DNA of 64,000 nt from an uncultured Acidobacteriota bacterium (lineage in GTDB: Bacteria > Acidobacteriota > Thermoanaerobaculia > Multivoradales > UBA5704). The stretch's first letter is position 1. Every line of letters begins with the position of its first letter. Positions 18,884-28,387 of this stretch are shown piece by piece. The translations under genes were made by a program, and so were the position numbers. The notes below the pieces were generated by a model, which saw nothing but the letters and a program-made list of their open reading frames with translations, searched no databases and was not told the DNA's origin. The stretch is from positions 1,248,001 through 1,312,000 of the forward strand of contig OY969474.1 in assembly GCA_963700145.1 (NCBI GenBank). The letters run 5' to 3'.

Positions 18884-20073
18884 ATGGAAGGTGGCATCCG
18901 CAGGGCAGTGAGCGCCGCTGCCTCAGCCGCGCGATCGAATAGTCCTAGGAGATACAGCACCTCGATCTCTGAGCCCGGCCCGAGCCACATCTCGTATGAG
19001 GTCAATACGCTGTGTGCGTGGTCTTCTCCCTCAATCTCTTCATCCAGAAGTGAAACCTCATGCCGCCGGCGCACGTCACCGCCGCAAACATCCCGCAGAT
19101 AGCTTCCTAGGAGCGTTAGTGCCAAGGCGTGACCACCAAACTCCTTCGCCGTCTGTCTCAGTTCCACCTCTGTACCTATAACCCCGAGGCGCTGTAGCAG
19201 TTCAGCCCCGGCGCTTTCCGGTAGCGCCTCCAGGGTAATTTGTACCACTCCCGCTCTTCCGAGGATATCGCTCACCGAAAGCCGACTCGTGATCAGGCAC
19301 AGGCCGGAATTGGAGGCTGCAAGGTCACGCACCAGTGCCGCGATGGCAGGGTCCTTAAGTCGCCCAGTCTGGACACCAGGCGGGTGCTGGAGGGGCTCAA
19401 GGCCATCGAGGATTAGCAGAGTTCGCCTCTCGCGCACAAGCTCTGCGAGCCTCGCGCCCTTTTCCCAGGGCGAGGGGCTCGGGGTACTCTCGTTCCCCAA
19501 CCAACCCAAGGCGTAATCGACGAACGCGTCTCCTGATGCACCGGCCGTATCCATTCCCTGGCTATAGAAGGACCACCCTAGGATACGCTCGGCATCCCGC
19601 CAGCCTTCGGCACCGAGGCGATCGAGCCAATGATTAACCAGCGCTGACTTCCCCATACCGCCGACCGCAACCAGAACCGCGACATTCACACCCGGGTCGT
19701 TCCATGCCGTATCTAAATGATTGAGCTCTTCCTCTCGGTCGACAAAGGCAACTCCCGATACTGGCAATCTGGCAATCGATACACGAGGCTCGTACCGTTG
19801 GGGTTGTCCCTCCAGGGGCAAAATAAAAGGATTGTGATACTCATCTGAGGCCCTAAAGAGCCAATCGCCGATCTCGCGGGCCGTCCATTGAAGATCTTCA
19901 CGGTCGGCCAGGTCGCTCACATAGCGACCAGCCGCTATGACTTGAGCGAACAAAGTCCTCAATTTTGCAGTTGAGTCCTCGCCAGTCGCATTATCCTCCG
20001 ACGAGAATTTGATCTGCTGCCATAAGCCCTGTAGTTCCCTTGCCGAAAGATGGGCCATTCCTATTTCATCCAT
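18884..20073 (-). pseudogene. 5' part of the STAND (NB-ARC/NACHT-like) ATPase-TPR gene
   Basis: FVDREEEL, Walker A VGGMGKS, Walker B LLILDGLE, LITSR, GGHALAL.LLG. Confidence 0.85.
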
Positions 20074-21052
20074 GCTCGTCGAAGAACTTCTCAAGCATAC
20101 CGTCAGCGATCACTAAAGCTTGGTGATACCAACTGACCATCCATTCGATCAGCAAGACAGCGCTCGCAGTGTAGGCATCGAAACGTTGAGCCGCTAGAGC
20201 ATCCCGCATTACATCCAGGCAAATCCAAGTACCTAGAAGGAAGTCAAGAAACTCCAGAGACCCAGTTGTTCTCATGACAGCTTCTAACTCGTCAACAATC
20301 CTTCGAAGATCGCTGTCCGATGTGCTAAGAATTCTTCTTGCCGAGTCTCGAGTAGCCACATTTCGGTGCCTTTTGTAGATCTGGAAGGCTTCCTCAAGGA
20401 CTCTTGCGCGCGAGAACATCTGCTCTGCGAGTTTGTGTACGGCCTTCCAACTTCGACCATCTCGTCTGGTCCGTTCAACCTCTGCCGCCGAGATCCCAGG
20501 AACCCTAGATGAAAATACGCTCTGGGCCCCCCTGGAATCGGTAATACGAACCTCGGATCCTCGAAACAAAATGGAGAAAGATCGATGGTCAGGTAGATAG
20601 TCCGCGAAATATCTATTGATAATCGTTGGGTAGTTCCAAAGCTCCTCTAGAAGGTCTTCCCAAGCCCAGACTGAGACCGGGAAGGACCCGCGCTCCACTT
20701 GGATGCCGCTAATCTCACGCACAAACTCTTGGACGGAGACGCTGCGTGGCGCTGTGGTAGCTACCGTTAGCTTTCTGAGCCCTGGTTGGAAACGCAGAGC
20801 AGCATGGACCTCGTCTTCAACCTCTTGCCTATCGAGCTGTTTTCCTTTGCTCTTGGCTTTGCATTGCACGCCTTCCCATTGAGGCCCTCGGTCAGGCTGG
20901 CCAAAAATGTCGACACCCCTCTGAGCCTCGCCCTGCCGACCGTGTTTTTGTGCACCTGGATCGCTCCACATCCGTCTAAACAGGTCGCAGCAGAGATCCT
21001 CGAAATCCTGCCAGCGATCCGGCGGAGGCAGAGCGACCTTTAGCGGGGGCAT
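20066..21052 (-). CDS. Mrr-like PD-(D/E)xK endonuclease domain plus C-terminal helical domain
   Basis: PPPDRWQDFEDLCCDL..GRQGEAQRGVDI...GVQCK; stop overlaps the start of the STAND gene (ATGGATGA). Confidence 0.8.
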   Translation of the reverse strand: MPPLKVALPPPDRWQDFEDLCCDLFRRMWSDPGAQKHGRQGEAQRGVDIFGQPDRGPQWEGVQCKAKSKGKQLDRQEVEDEVHAALRFQPGLRKLTVATTAPRSVSVQEFVREISGIQVERGSFPVSVWAWEDLLEELWNYPTIINRYFADYLPDHRSFSILFRGSEVRITDSRGAQSVFSSRVPGISAAEVERTRRDGRSWKAVHKLAEQMFSRARVLEEAFQIYKRHRNVATRDSARRILSTSDSDLRRIVDELEAVMRTTGSLEFLDFLLGTWICLDVMRDALAAQRFDAYTASAVLLIEWMVSWYHQALVIADGMLEKFFDEHG

Positions 21053-21158
21053 AGGCTCGTAGTTCGCAGATCTCGGTATCGCTACTGAGAACCTGATTCT
21101 CCGTCGGGGAAAGGCTCTGATGCAACTTAGGACTTGAGCGCGCCTCTTCGACGCTTCG

Positions 21159-22472
21159 CTAGGTGGGCTCAACTGGGAAAGAGGCACCATCCGCCAGAAT
21201 CATTTTCAGCATCGCGATGTTGTCGCGGTGGCCGGTCAGCTTGGCGGTGACCTTGCCGCGGATCGGATAGCCCAGGAGATAGAAGTCGCCGAGGATGTCG
21301 AGGATCTTGTGGCGGGCGAACTCGTCGGGGAAGCGGAGCTCGGTGTTGACGATCTCGTCCTCGCCGACCAGGATGAAGTTGTCGAGCCGCCCGCCGGAGC
21401 CCAGCCCCAGCTCGTTCATCATCTTGAGGTCCTTCAGAAAGCCGAAGGTGCGGGCCGGCGCGATCTCCTCCTGGTAGCGGGCGAAGTCGGTGAGCGTGAA
21501 GTCGTAGCGCTGCTCCCCGACCGGCGGCGGGTAGCGCAGCTCGTAGGAGACCGCGAAGCCGTCGTAGGGCTCGAGCACCAAGCTCTTGCCGCCCGCGCCG
21601 CCGACCTCGTAGCGCCGGTCGATCACGATCTCCTGCCGCGGCGCGTCCTGGTCGACCACGCCGACCTCGTCGAGCACGCGGCAGAACTCCAGCGCCGAGC
21701 CGTCGAGGACCGGCAGCTCGCCGTGCACCTTGACCAGCAGGTTTCCCACCCCGGCGGCGTGGAGGGCGGAGAGGAAGTGCTCCACCGTGCGCACGCTCTC
21801 GCCGTCGGTCGAGAGCGTCGTGGCGTAGTCGGTGTCGGCGACGGCGCGGACGTGCGCCGGGATCTCCGCCCCGGCCGGCAGGGTCACGAAGTGGACGCCG
21901 GTGTCGGGCGGCAGCGGCTGGATGACCATGCCGGTGCGCCCGCCGGAGTGGAGGCCCAGGCCGTAGATCACCGTGCTGTGGCGAATGGTGCGCTGCGGCC
22001 GGTCGCTGGTGCGCAGCAGCGCCAGCGGCGGCGGCGGCTCGAGCTGCCGCTCCTCGGCGCGCGACGGCCCGGCCGGCGCCGGCAGCGCCGCCTCGCCGCC
22101 CAGGCTGCGCTTCATCGCCAGCGCGCCGGCCACGGCGTCCACGGCGCGCCGGTACGAGAGCGGCTTCTCGAGATAGTCGAAGGCGCCCATCTTGATCGCC
22201 TTGACCGCGGTCGCCGTGGTGCCGTGTCCCGACATCATGACGACCGCCGCCGCCGGGTCGGACTCGCGCAGCGCCTGCAGGGTCTCGAGCCCGTCGCGGT
22301 CGGCCAGCCAGACGTCGAGGAAGACCACGTCCGGCCGCGCCTCGGCGTAGAGCCGGAGCGCGTCGGCGCCGCTGCGCGTGGCGAGGGTGCGGTACCCCTC
22401 GTCGGCGAGGATCCCCGACAGGGTGGTCAGGATCCCCGGCTCGTCGTCGACGATCAGCACCAGGTCGCTCAT
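21159..22472 (-). CDS. lpxC: Response-regulator receiver domain fused to UDP-3-O-acyl-GlcNAc deacetylase
   Basis: REC: VDDE, FLDVWL, MSGHG, EKP. LpxC: QRTI..G.GLHSG, TVEH..SAL, ELPVLDGSA, ARTFGF, RFPDEFARHKILD. Confidence 0.92.
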   Translation of the reverse strand: MSDLVLIVDDEPGILTTLSGILADEGYRTLATRSGADALRLYAEARPDVVFLDVWLADRDGLETLQALRESDPAAAVVMMSGHGTTATAVKAIKMGAFDYLEKPLSYRRAVDAVAGALAMKRSLGGEAALPAPAGPSRAEERQLEPPPPLALLRTSDRPQRTIRHSTVIYGLGLHSGGRTGMVIQPLPPDTGVHFVTLPAGAEIPAHVRAVADTDYATTLSTDGESVRTVEHFLSALHAAGVGNLLVKVHGELPVLDGSALEFCRVLDEVGVVDQDAPRQEIVIDRRYEVGGAGGKSLVLEPYDGFAVSYELRYPPPVGEQRYDFTLTDFARYQEEIAPARTFGFLKDLKMMNELGLGSGGRLDNFILVGEDEIVNTELRFPDEFARHKILDILGDFYLLGYPIRGKVTAKLTGHRDNIAMLKMILADGASFPVEPT

Positions 22473-22496
22473 GACGGGTGTACGGTGCCGGGGAGT

Positions 22497-23948
22497 CTAC
22501 CGCCCGGCGGGTGGCGGGTCCGCCGGCGGCTGGCCGAGACGCGCCTCCATCTCGGCCGCGGCGTAGGCCACGACCGCCCAGGCGGCGACGTTCTGGTCGA
22601 GGTCGCGCGCCGAGACGTGCGCCAGCGTGTCGTTCGGCGAGTGGTGGACGTCGAAGTAGAAGGTGCCGTCCTGGGCGAGCGAGACGATCGGCACCCGCGC
22701 CGGACGGATGGGGATCAAGTCGGCGCCGCCGCTCGCCGTGTTGTTGCCGCGGCCGACGCCGAGCGGCTCGAGGAGGGCGGCGATCTCGTCCATCGCCGGC
22801 AGCGACTCGGCGGCGATGCGCGAGGAGAGCTCGTAGACGCGCCCCGAGCCGAAGTCGGACTCGCCGGCCAGGACGTGCTGCGGCAGCGCCGCCGCGTGCG
22901 CCGCGGCGTAGGCGTTGGCGCCCGAGAGCCCGAACTCCTCGTTGGCGTAGAGGACGACGCGCACCGTGCGCCGCGGCGGGCGCGGCAGCTGGGCGATGCG
23001 GCGCGCCGCCTCGACGACGATGCCGCAGCCGGCGGCGTCGTCCTCGGCGCCGGTGCCGAGGTCCCAGGAGTCGAGGTGGCAGGCGAGGAGGACGATCTCC
23101 TCCGGCCGCTCCCGCCCGACGACCTCGCCGATGACGTTGGCTGACGGCTCGGGCGGCAGCTCGCGGCTGCGCAGGACCAGGTGGAAGCGCACCGGCCTAC
23201 CACTCGCCAGCGCCGCCTGGAGGAGGTCGGCGTCGGGGTTGGAGAGCGCCGCGGCGGCGATGCGCGGCACGCCCTCCTCGTAGCGGGTGGCGCCGGTGTG
23301 CGGCAGGCGGTCGTCGGAGGTGCCGACCGAGCGGATCAGGAGCGCGACGGCGCCGAGCTTGGCGGCGCGCGACGGCCCGGCGCCGCGCATCCCGACGGTG
23401 CGGCCGTAGCCGGCGCCGTCGCGCCGGCGCGCCATGCGCGGCGAAAGGAAAACAATCTTGCCGCGCGCCCGCTCGCCCAGGGCGTCGAGCGCTTCGAGCG
23501 AGACGGCCTCGACGACCTCGGCCTCGATCCCCGTCTCCGGCGTCGCGACGCTGCCGCCGAGGGCGGCGAGCACTACCGGCTGGACGAAGGGAGCGAGGAT
23601 GCTGCCTTCGATCGTGCCGCGCTCCCAGTGTGGCACCGTGACCGGCTCGGCGCGGACGTTTTCGAAGCCCAGGCCGCGCAGAGTGCGCAGCCCCCACTGG
23701 ACGGCGGCCTTGTCCCCCGGCGAGCCGGCGAGGCGCGGCCCGACCTCGGTGGTCAGCGAGCGGACGATCTCGTAGGCGCCGGTCCCCTGCAGCGCGCCGT
23801 CGCGCAGGGCGGCGGCGGTGGCATGGACCTCGGGCGAGAGGGAAACGGGAGCGGCCGGGGCGGTGTCCGCGGCGGTTGGGGCCTGGGCGGCCAGCAGGCC
23901 GGCGACCGCCAGGGCGAGCCCCGCGAGGAGGCCGGCGACGAGCCTCAC
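22497..23948 (-). CDS. M28-family peptidase (carboxypeptidase Q-like), secreted
   Basis: VGPRLAGS, HLDSWDLGTGAEDDAAG, NEEFGL, ESDFG, YFDVHH..DT; GTG start with signal peptide. Confidence 0.9.
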   Translation of the reverse strand: MRLVAGLLAGLALAVAGLLAAQAPTAADTAPAAPVSLSPEVHATAAALRDGALQGTGAYEIVRSLTTEVGPRLAGSPGDKAAVQWGLRTLRGLGFENVRAEPVTVPHWERGTIEGSILAPFVQPVVLAALGGSVATPETGIEAEVVEAVSLEALDALGERARGKIVFLSPRMARRRDGAGYGRTVGMRGAGPSRAAKLGAVALLIRSVGTSDDRLPHTGATRYEEGVPRIAAAALSNPDADLLQAALASGRPVRFHLVLRSRELPPEPSANVIGEVVGRERPEEIVLLACHLDSWDLGTGAEDDAAGCGIVVEAARRIAQLPRPPRRTVRVVLYANEEFGLSGANAYAAAHAAALPQHVLAGESDFGSGRVYELSSRIAAESLPAMDEIAALLEPLGVGRGNNTASGGADLIPIRPARVPIVSLAQDGTFYFDVHHSPNDTLAHVSARDLDQNVAAWAVVAYAAAEMEARLGQPPADPPPAGR

Positions 23949-23956
23949 GGGCCGAA

Positions 23957-25084
23957 TTACGCGGGGAGCGCCTCGGCGGAGCGGAGCTGCTCGAGGACCA
24001 GCCGCCACTCCTGGAGGGCCTGCTCGACCGCGCGATGGCAGGCGAGGACGCCTTCGTCCACCTCCGCCGCGAGCGCGCCGCGGGCGCGGCGCTGCAGCGT
24101 CAGCAGCTCCTGGAGGCGCGCCTGGACGGCGGCGTGGGCGTCGTGCAGCCGCCGCTCCTGCGCCTGCCGCAGCTCGCCGACGCGCTGCGCCAGCCGTTCG
24201 CGCGCGTGATCGAACTGCACGCTGACGCGGGCCCGCAGCAGCAGGGCGTCCGGGGCGCGGCGCAGCTCGCGCGCCAGCCCCAGCTTCGAGAGCGCGAAGA
24301 TCACCCACTTCGCCGGGTCGAAGTGCCAGGGCTTGACGCCGTTGCGGTAGTCGAAGGGGAAGCTGTGATGGAAGTTGTGATAGCCCTCGCCGAGCGCCAG
24401 GACCGCCATCACCGCGCTGTCGCGGGCGCTGTGCTCGCGGCTGTAGGGCTGGCGGCCGATCATGTGGCAGAGGCTGTTGATGAAGAAGGTGGCGTGATGG
24501 CTGGCCACGATGCGCGCCACGCCGCCGATCAGCAGGCAGCCCAGGACCCGTCCCGTCGCCAGCCCCACCACCAGGGGGATGCCGAAGGACAGGCCGAAGC
24601 CGATCACGCGGTTCCAGCGGTCTTGCCAGAGGACCAGGGGGTCGTCCTGGAGGTCGCGCACGACGTTGAGGCTCGGCGGCTCGTGGTGGAAGAAGACCCA
24701 CCCCATGTGCGCCCACCAGAACCCCTTCTGGATGTTGTAGGGGTCGCGGTCGTGGTCGGTGTGCGAATGGTGGACGCGGTGGTCGGCCGACCAGCGGAGG
24801 GCCGAGTTCTCGAGCGCCGCGGCGCCGAAGACCAGGAAGAAGAGGCGCACCGGCCAGGCGGCGCGGTAGGTGCGGTGGCTGAAGAGGCGGTGGTAGCCGG
24901 CGGTCACCGAGACGCCGATGACCAGCCAGAGGACGGCGAAGGTGATGGTCTCCGGCCAGCCGAGCCCGACCTTGACGATGTACCAGGGCACACCGACCAG
25001 GGTGACGGCGAGCGTGCCGAGGAGGAAGAGCGTGTTGACGAGGTCGAGGCGGTTTTCGATGCTTTGGTCCACTGTTTGGTCCAC
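23957..25084 (-). CDS. Delta-9 acyl-CoA fatty acid desaturase with coiled-coil tail
   Basis: His boxes GYHRLFSH, HRVHH, GEGYHNFHH; start uncertain (GTG 25084 or 25072). Confidence 0.9.
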   Translation of the reverse strand: MDQTVDQSIENRLDLVNTLFLLGTLAVTLVGVPWYIVKVGLGWPETITFAVLWLVIGVSVTAGYHRLFSHRTYRAAWPVRLFFLVFGAAALENSALRWSADHRVHHSHTDHDRDPYNIQKGFWWAHMGWVFFHHEPPSLNVVRDLQDDPLVLWQDRWNRVIGFGLSFGIPLVVGLATGRVLGCLLIGGVARIVASHHATFFINSLCHMIGRQPYSREHSARDSAVMAVLALGEGYHNFHHSFPFDYRNGVKPWHFDPAKWVIFALSKLGLARELRRAPDALLLRARVSVQFDHARERLAQRVGELRQAQERRLHDAHAAVQARLQELLTLQRRARGALAAEVDEGVLACHRAVEQALQEWRLVLEQLRSAEALPA

Positions 25085-25222
25085 TAGGAGGGGCCCCCGG
25101 ATTGTTCTTGCTTGCAAGGCGGACGCCGCGATTGTAGCGGAAATGCTTCCCCGCCGCCCCGCGTTGAGAGAGACTGAGCTTTCCGTAGACCTGAACCGGG
25201 ACCCTAGAGGAGAGATTCCCCC

Positions 25223-25636
25223 ATGAGCACCCCGCACCGCTTCCGCCCCCTCGCCGCCGCCTTCTGCCTGGCAGCGCTCGCCGCCGCCGGCGCCGCCATG
25301 GCCGGCGAGGCCAAGCCCGGCAAGGCCGAGAAGGAGGCCGCGCCGGCCCTCCACCGCGTCGAGACCAAGAAGGTCTGCATGGTCAACGACCAGGTCTTCG
25401 AGCGCGACCAGATCCCGGTCGCGGTCGACGGTAAGACCTATTACGGCTGCTGCGCCATGTGCAAGGAGCGGCTGTCCAAGGACGCCGAGGCGCGCACCGG
25501 CGTCGATCCGTTGACCCAGAAGAAGGTGGACAAGGCCACGGCCGTCATCGCGGCGCGCGAAGACGGCAGCGTCCTCTACTTCGAGAGCGAGAAGACCTAC
25601 ACCGAGTACCTGAAAAAGCTCGAGAAGGGGGGCTGA
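25223..25636 (+). CDS. Secreted TRASH/YHS-like metal-binding protein
   Basis: AGGAG SD; signal peptide; VCMVND..GKTYYGCCAMC, DPLT..VDKATA. Confidence 0.8.
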   Translation: MSTPHRFRPLAAAFCLAALAAAGAAMAGEAKPGKAEKEAAPALHRVETKKVCMVNDQVFERDQIPVAVDGKTYYGCCAMCKERLSKDAEARTGVDPLTQKKVDKATAVIAAREDGSVLYFESEKTYTEYLKKLEKGG

Positions 25637-25736
25637 GCCGGGCCTTCTGGCCCCCGTCTTGCAACCTGCATCTCCTGGCGCGAGGGGGAAGTCTCCACCT
25701 CGTCGACAAAGCACTGACAGCCAAGGAGATGCAGCC

Positions 25737-26678
25737 ATGAAGAGCACCCATCGCATCGCCGCCGCGGCCCTCGCGCTCGCCCTGCTCGGGGCGGGCGGGG
25801 CCGCCGCGGATCACAAGAAGGACACCGTAGCCGCCAAGCAGCTCGCCGGCACCGTCGGCGCCAAGGTCATCGCTCTGCAGACCTGGGTCGAGAACCTGAC
25901 CGCCGGCGCGGAGTCCCGTTACGGCATCCACCCGACCAACGAGCCGATCCCGGTCAACGTCGGCGACCGCGTGCGGGTGCGCCTGGTGGGGACGGCGATC
26001 GAAGGCGACGGCGACGGCGTCGAGATCCCGATCCACGCCCGCTTCTCCGAGGCCTCGGGCACCAGCCGCCTCGACATCCTCGAGCGCGGTCCGAACTGGG
26101 TCGTGGTGCGGATCGGCGACCGCGACCGCCTGCGCAACGACGACCGCGCCCAGCTGGCCTTCGAGGTCACCGGCCGCTACGACCTGCGCAACAACCTCGA
26201 GAGCGGCCGCATCACCTTCGACCTCGGCGGCCGCGGCGGCTCCTCGCTCGGCTTGAGCCAGGGGGCGACCGACCGCGAGCGCCTGCGGGAGTCCGAGCGG
26301 CTGACGGCGTTGCTCTACGACGCCCTCCTGCTGGAGGACACCTCCAGCCTGCGGCGCGACACCGACTTCAACGCCGGCGTCGACCGGATCTACCGCGACG
26401 GTTACGAGGCGGTCATCGAGGTGGCACTCGACCTCGCCCGCCAGGCGCAGGAGCGCAGCGTCTTCCGCGGCCACTCGGCGCAAGAGGTCGTGGCGCACCT
26501 CTACCGGGTGCTCCTCGGCCGCAGCGGCAGCGTCAGCCAGCTCGCCTCGGACCCCGGCTTCGTCGCCAACGTGCGCCAGCTGGAGCGGGGCCGGCTCTAC
26601 GACCTGGTCGAGACGGTCGTCCGCTCCGAGGAGTTCCACCGGAACCACAACCTGACCGGCTTCACGCGCCTCCGCTAA
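25737..26678 (+). CDS. Secreted hypothetical protein (C-terminus DUF4214-like)
   Basis: AAGGAG SD; signal peptide; LYRVLLGR...SEEF motif. Confidence 0.7.
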   Translation: MKSTHRIAAAALALALLGAGGAAADHKKDTVAAKQLAGTVGAKVIALQTWVENLTAGAESRYGIHPTNEPIPVNVGDRVRVRLVGTAIEGDGDGVEIPIHARFSEASGTSRLDILERGPNWVVVRIGDRDRLRNDDRAQLAFEVTGRYDLRNNLESGRITFDLGGRGGSSLGLSQGATDRERLRESERLTALLYDALLLEDTSSLRRDTDFNAGVDRIYRDGYEAVIEVALDLARQAQERSVFRGHSAQEVVAHLYRVLLGRSGSVSQLASDPGFVANVRQLERGRLYDLVETVVRSEEFHRNHNLTGFTRLR

Positions 26679-26703
26679 CGCGGAGCGCGGGCGGGGAGGG
26701 GCG

Positions 26704-27633
26704 CTACCAGCCGCTGGACGCCCCTCCCCCGCCGAACCCCCCGCCACCGCCCGAAAAGCCCCCGCCGCCGCTCCAGCCGCCGCCGCGCCCTCCCCCACCG
26801 CCCATCGGGAAGTTGAACCAGCCGCCGGCGCCCCCGCCGGGGCCCATCGTGTCGGTCCAGAAGCGCTTGCCGCGCGGCGTCTTGCGCAGGCGCCGCAGCA
26901 GCGGGTAGCCGATCGTCCAGGCGAGCCAGGCGACGAGGCCGGCGATCGGCGTGTCGAAGATCCCGGTCGGGAAGGCGAAGTAGAAGGGCATCAGGAAGAC
27001 GTAGAGGCCCCAGGCGCCGCAGCCGTCGGGGGCGGCGAGCGCGCTCAACGAGAAGATGCCGATGACGATGCAGAAGACGAAGCCGATGAAGACGCGGGCG
27101 TACCAGGGCGACCCTTCCATCCCCTCCGCCATGTCGACCTCCGGCGCCGGCAGCGGCTCGCCGCGCACCGAGGCGGCGATCGCGTCGACCCCGGCCTCGA
27201 TCCCGCCGGCGTAGTCGCCGCGCCGGAAGGCCGGGCGGATCACCTGGTCGAGGATCTGCCGGCTCTCGAGGTCGGTGAGCGCCCCCTCCAGACCGTAGCC
27301 CACCTCGATCCGCATCTGCCGGTCCTGCTCGGCGACCAGCAGGAGCACGCCGTCGTCCACCTTCTCGCGGCCGAGCTTCCAGGTCTCGACGACGCGCATC
27401 GAGTAGTCCTCGATCGGCTCGCCTTCGAGGCTCTCGACGGTGAGCACCGCCACCTGCGAGCCCTTCTCCTTCTCCAGCGCCGCGAGCTTGGCGTCGAGGC
27501 GCGCCTCGACCTCGGGAGGGAGGAGCTCGGCCTCGTCCACGACGCGGCCGGAGAGGAACGGCACCTCCTGGGCGGCGGCCGGCGCGGCGCAGAGGGCGAG
27601 CGCGAGGAGAGCGAGGAGCCAGAGGCGTCTCAC
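26704..27633 (-). CDS. TPM-domain protein (YgcG-like) with Gly-rich tail
   Basis: GRVVDEAELL, DDGVLLLVA..DR.MRIEVGYGLEG, GGGGFGGGGASSGW. Confidence 0.9.
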   Translation of the reverse strand: MRRLWLLALLALALCAAPAAAQEVPFLSGRVVDEAELLPPEVEARLDAKLAALEKEKGSQVAVLTVESLEGEPIEDYSMRVVETWKLGREKVDDGVLLLVAEQDRQMRIEVGYGLEGALTDLESRQILDQVIRPAFRRGDYAGGIEAGVDAIAASVRGEPLPAPEVDMAEGMEGSPWYARVFIGFVFCIVIGIFSLSALAAPDGCGAWGLYVFLMPFYFAFPTGIFDTPIAGLVAWLAWTIGYPLLRRLRKTPRGKRFWTDTMGPGGGAGGWFNFPMGGGGGRGGGWSGGGGFSGGGGGFGGGGASSGW

Positions 27634-28283
27634 GGCTCGCCCTGCCGCAGCACGTTCCCCAGCTCGTCGGTGTCGTCCACCCGGCAGACGACGCCGTGCC
27701 GGGCGAGGAGGCCGCCGCACTCGCGCACCGCCGCCGCCACCGCCGGACCGGGGCGGCCGGCGCGGATGCCGGCGACGACCGTCTCGACGATCCCCTCCCA
27801 CTCGGCTTGATCGACGCGCGCGTTGATCCCCGAGTCGCCGAGCACCACGACCCGGTGCTCGAAGAGCGAGAGGAAGAGGAGGATGCCGGTGCGGTCGCGG
27901 GTGGCGAAGACCTCCTCCTCGAGAAAGGCCACTCCCGCCCGCCGCCGCACCCGCAGCTCCATCACCGCCTGCCCGGCCAGCGCCCGGCGCACCGCCGGGA
28001 CCTGGGCGACGAGCCACCCGAGGGCGGCGCCCGCGGCGGCCGGCAGCACCATCCAGACGAAGAGCTGGCCGCCCCAGAGGCCCAGGAGCCCGTGCACGCC
28101 CCAGGCGAGGAGCGGCAGCGTCATCGCCCCGAGGGCGGCGCCGCGCCAGGGCGCGTTGGGGTACTCGTCGCTGGCGTCGACGACGTAGGGGACGATCTCG
28201 CCGGAGGTCGCGCACTCGGCCTCTTCGACGGCAGCGCGGATCGCCTCGCGGTCGGCGTCGCTGAAGAGGGTGTCGGCGGTCAT
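27630..28283 (-). CDS. TPM-domain membrane protein
   Basis: AE..TSGEIV, TRDRTGILLFLSLFEH.V.VLGD.GI, DELGN. Confidence 0.88.
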   Translation of the reverse strand: MTADTLFSDADREAIRAAVEEAECATSGEIVPYVVDASDEYPNAPWRGAALGAMTLPLLAWGVHGLLGLWGGQLFVWMVLPAAAGAALGWLVAQVPAVRRALAGQAVMELRVRRRAGVAFLEEEVFATRDRTGILLFLSLFEHRVVVLGDSGINARVDQAEWEGIVETVVAGIRAGRPGPAVAAAVRECGGLLARHGVVCRVDDTDELGNVLRQGEP

Positions 28284-28387
28284 GGGCGGGCGCGGTGCGC
28301 GGGCGATGCTACGCCAGCGGCGGGCGCCGCGGACAGCCTTGCGGATATGCGCCCTCTGCTATCGTTCGCCGCGCAGTGAGACGTTCG

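Noticed and set aside
25062-25084. TTTGGTCCAC direct repeat as a fatty-acid regulator operator
   Set aside because: It coincides with the probable first codons (VDQTVDQ) and is only two short copies; not supportable.
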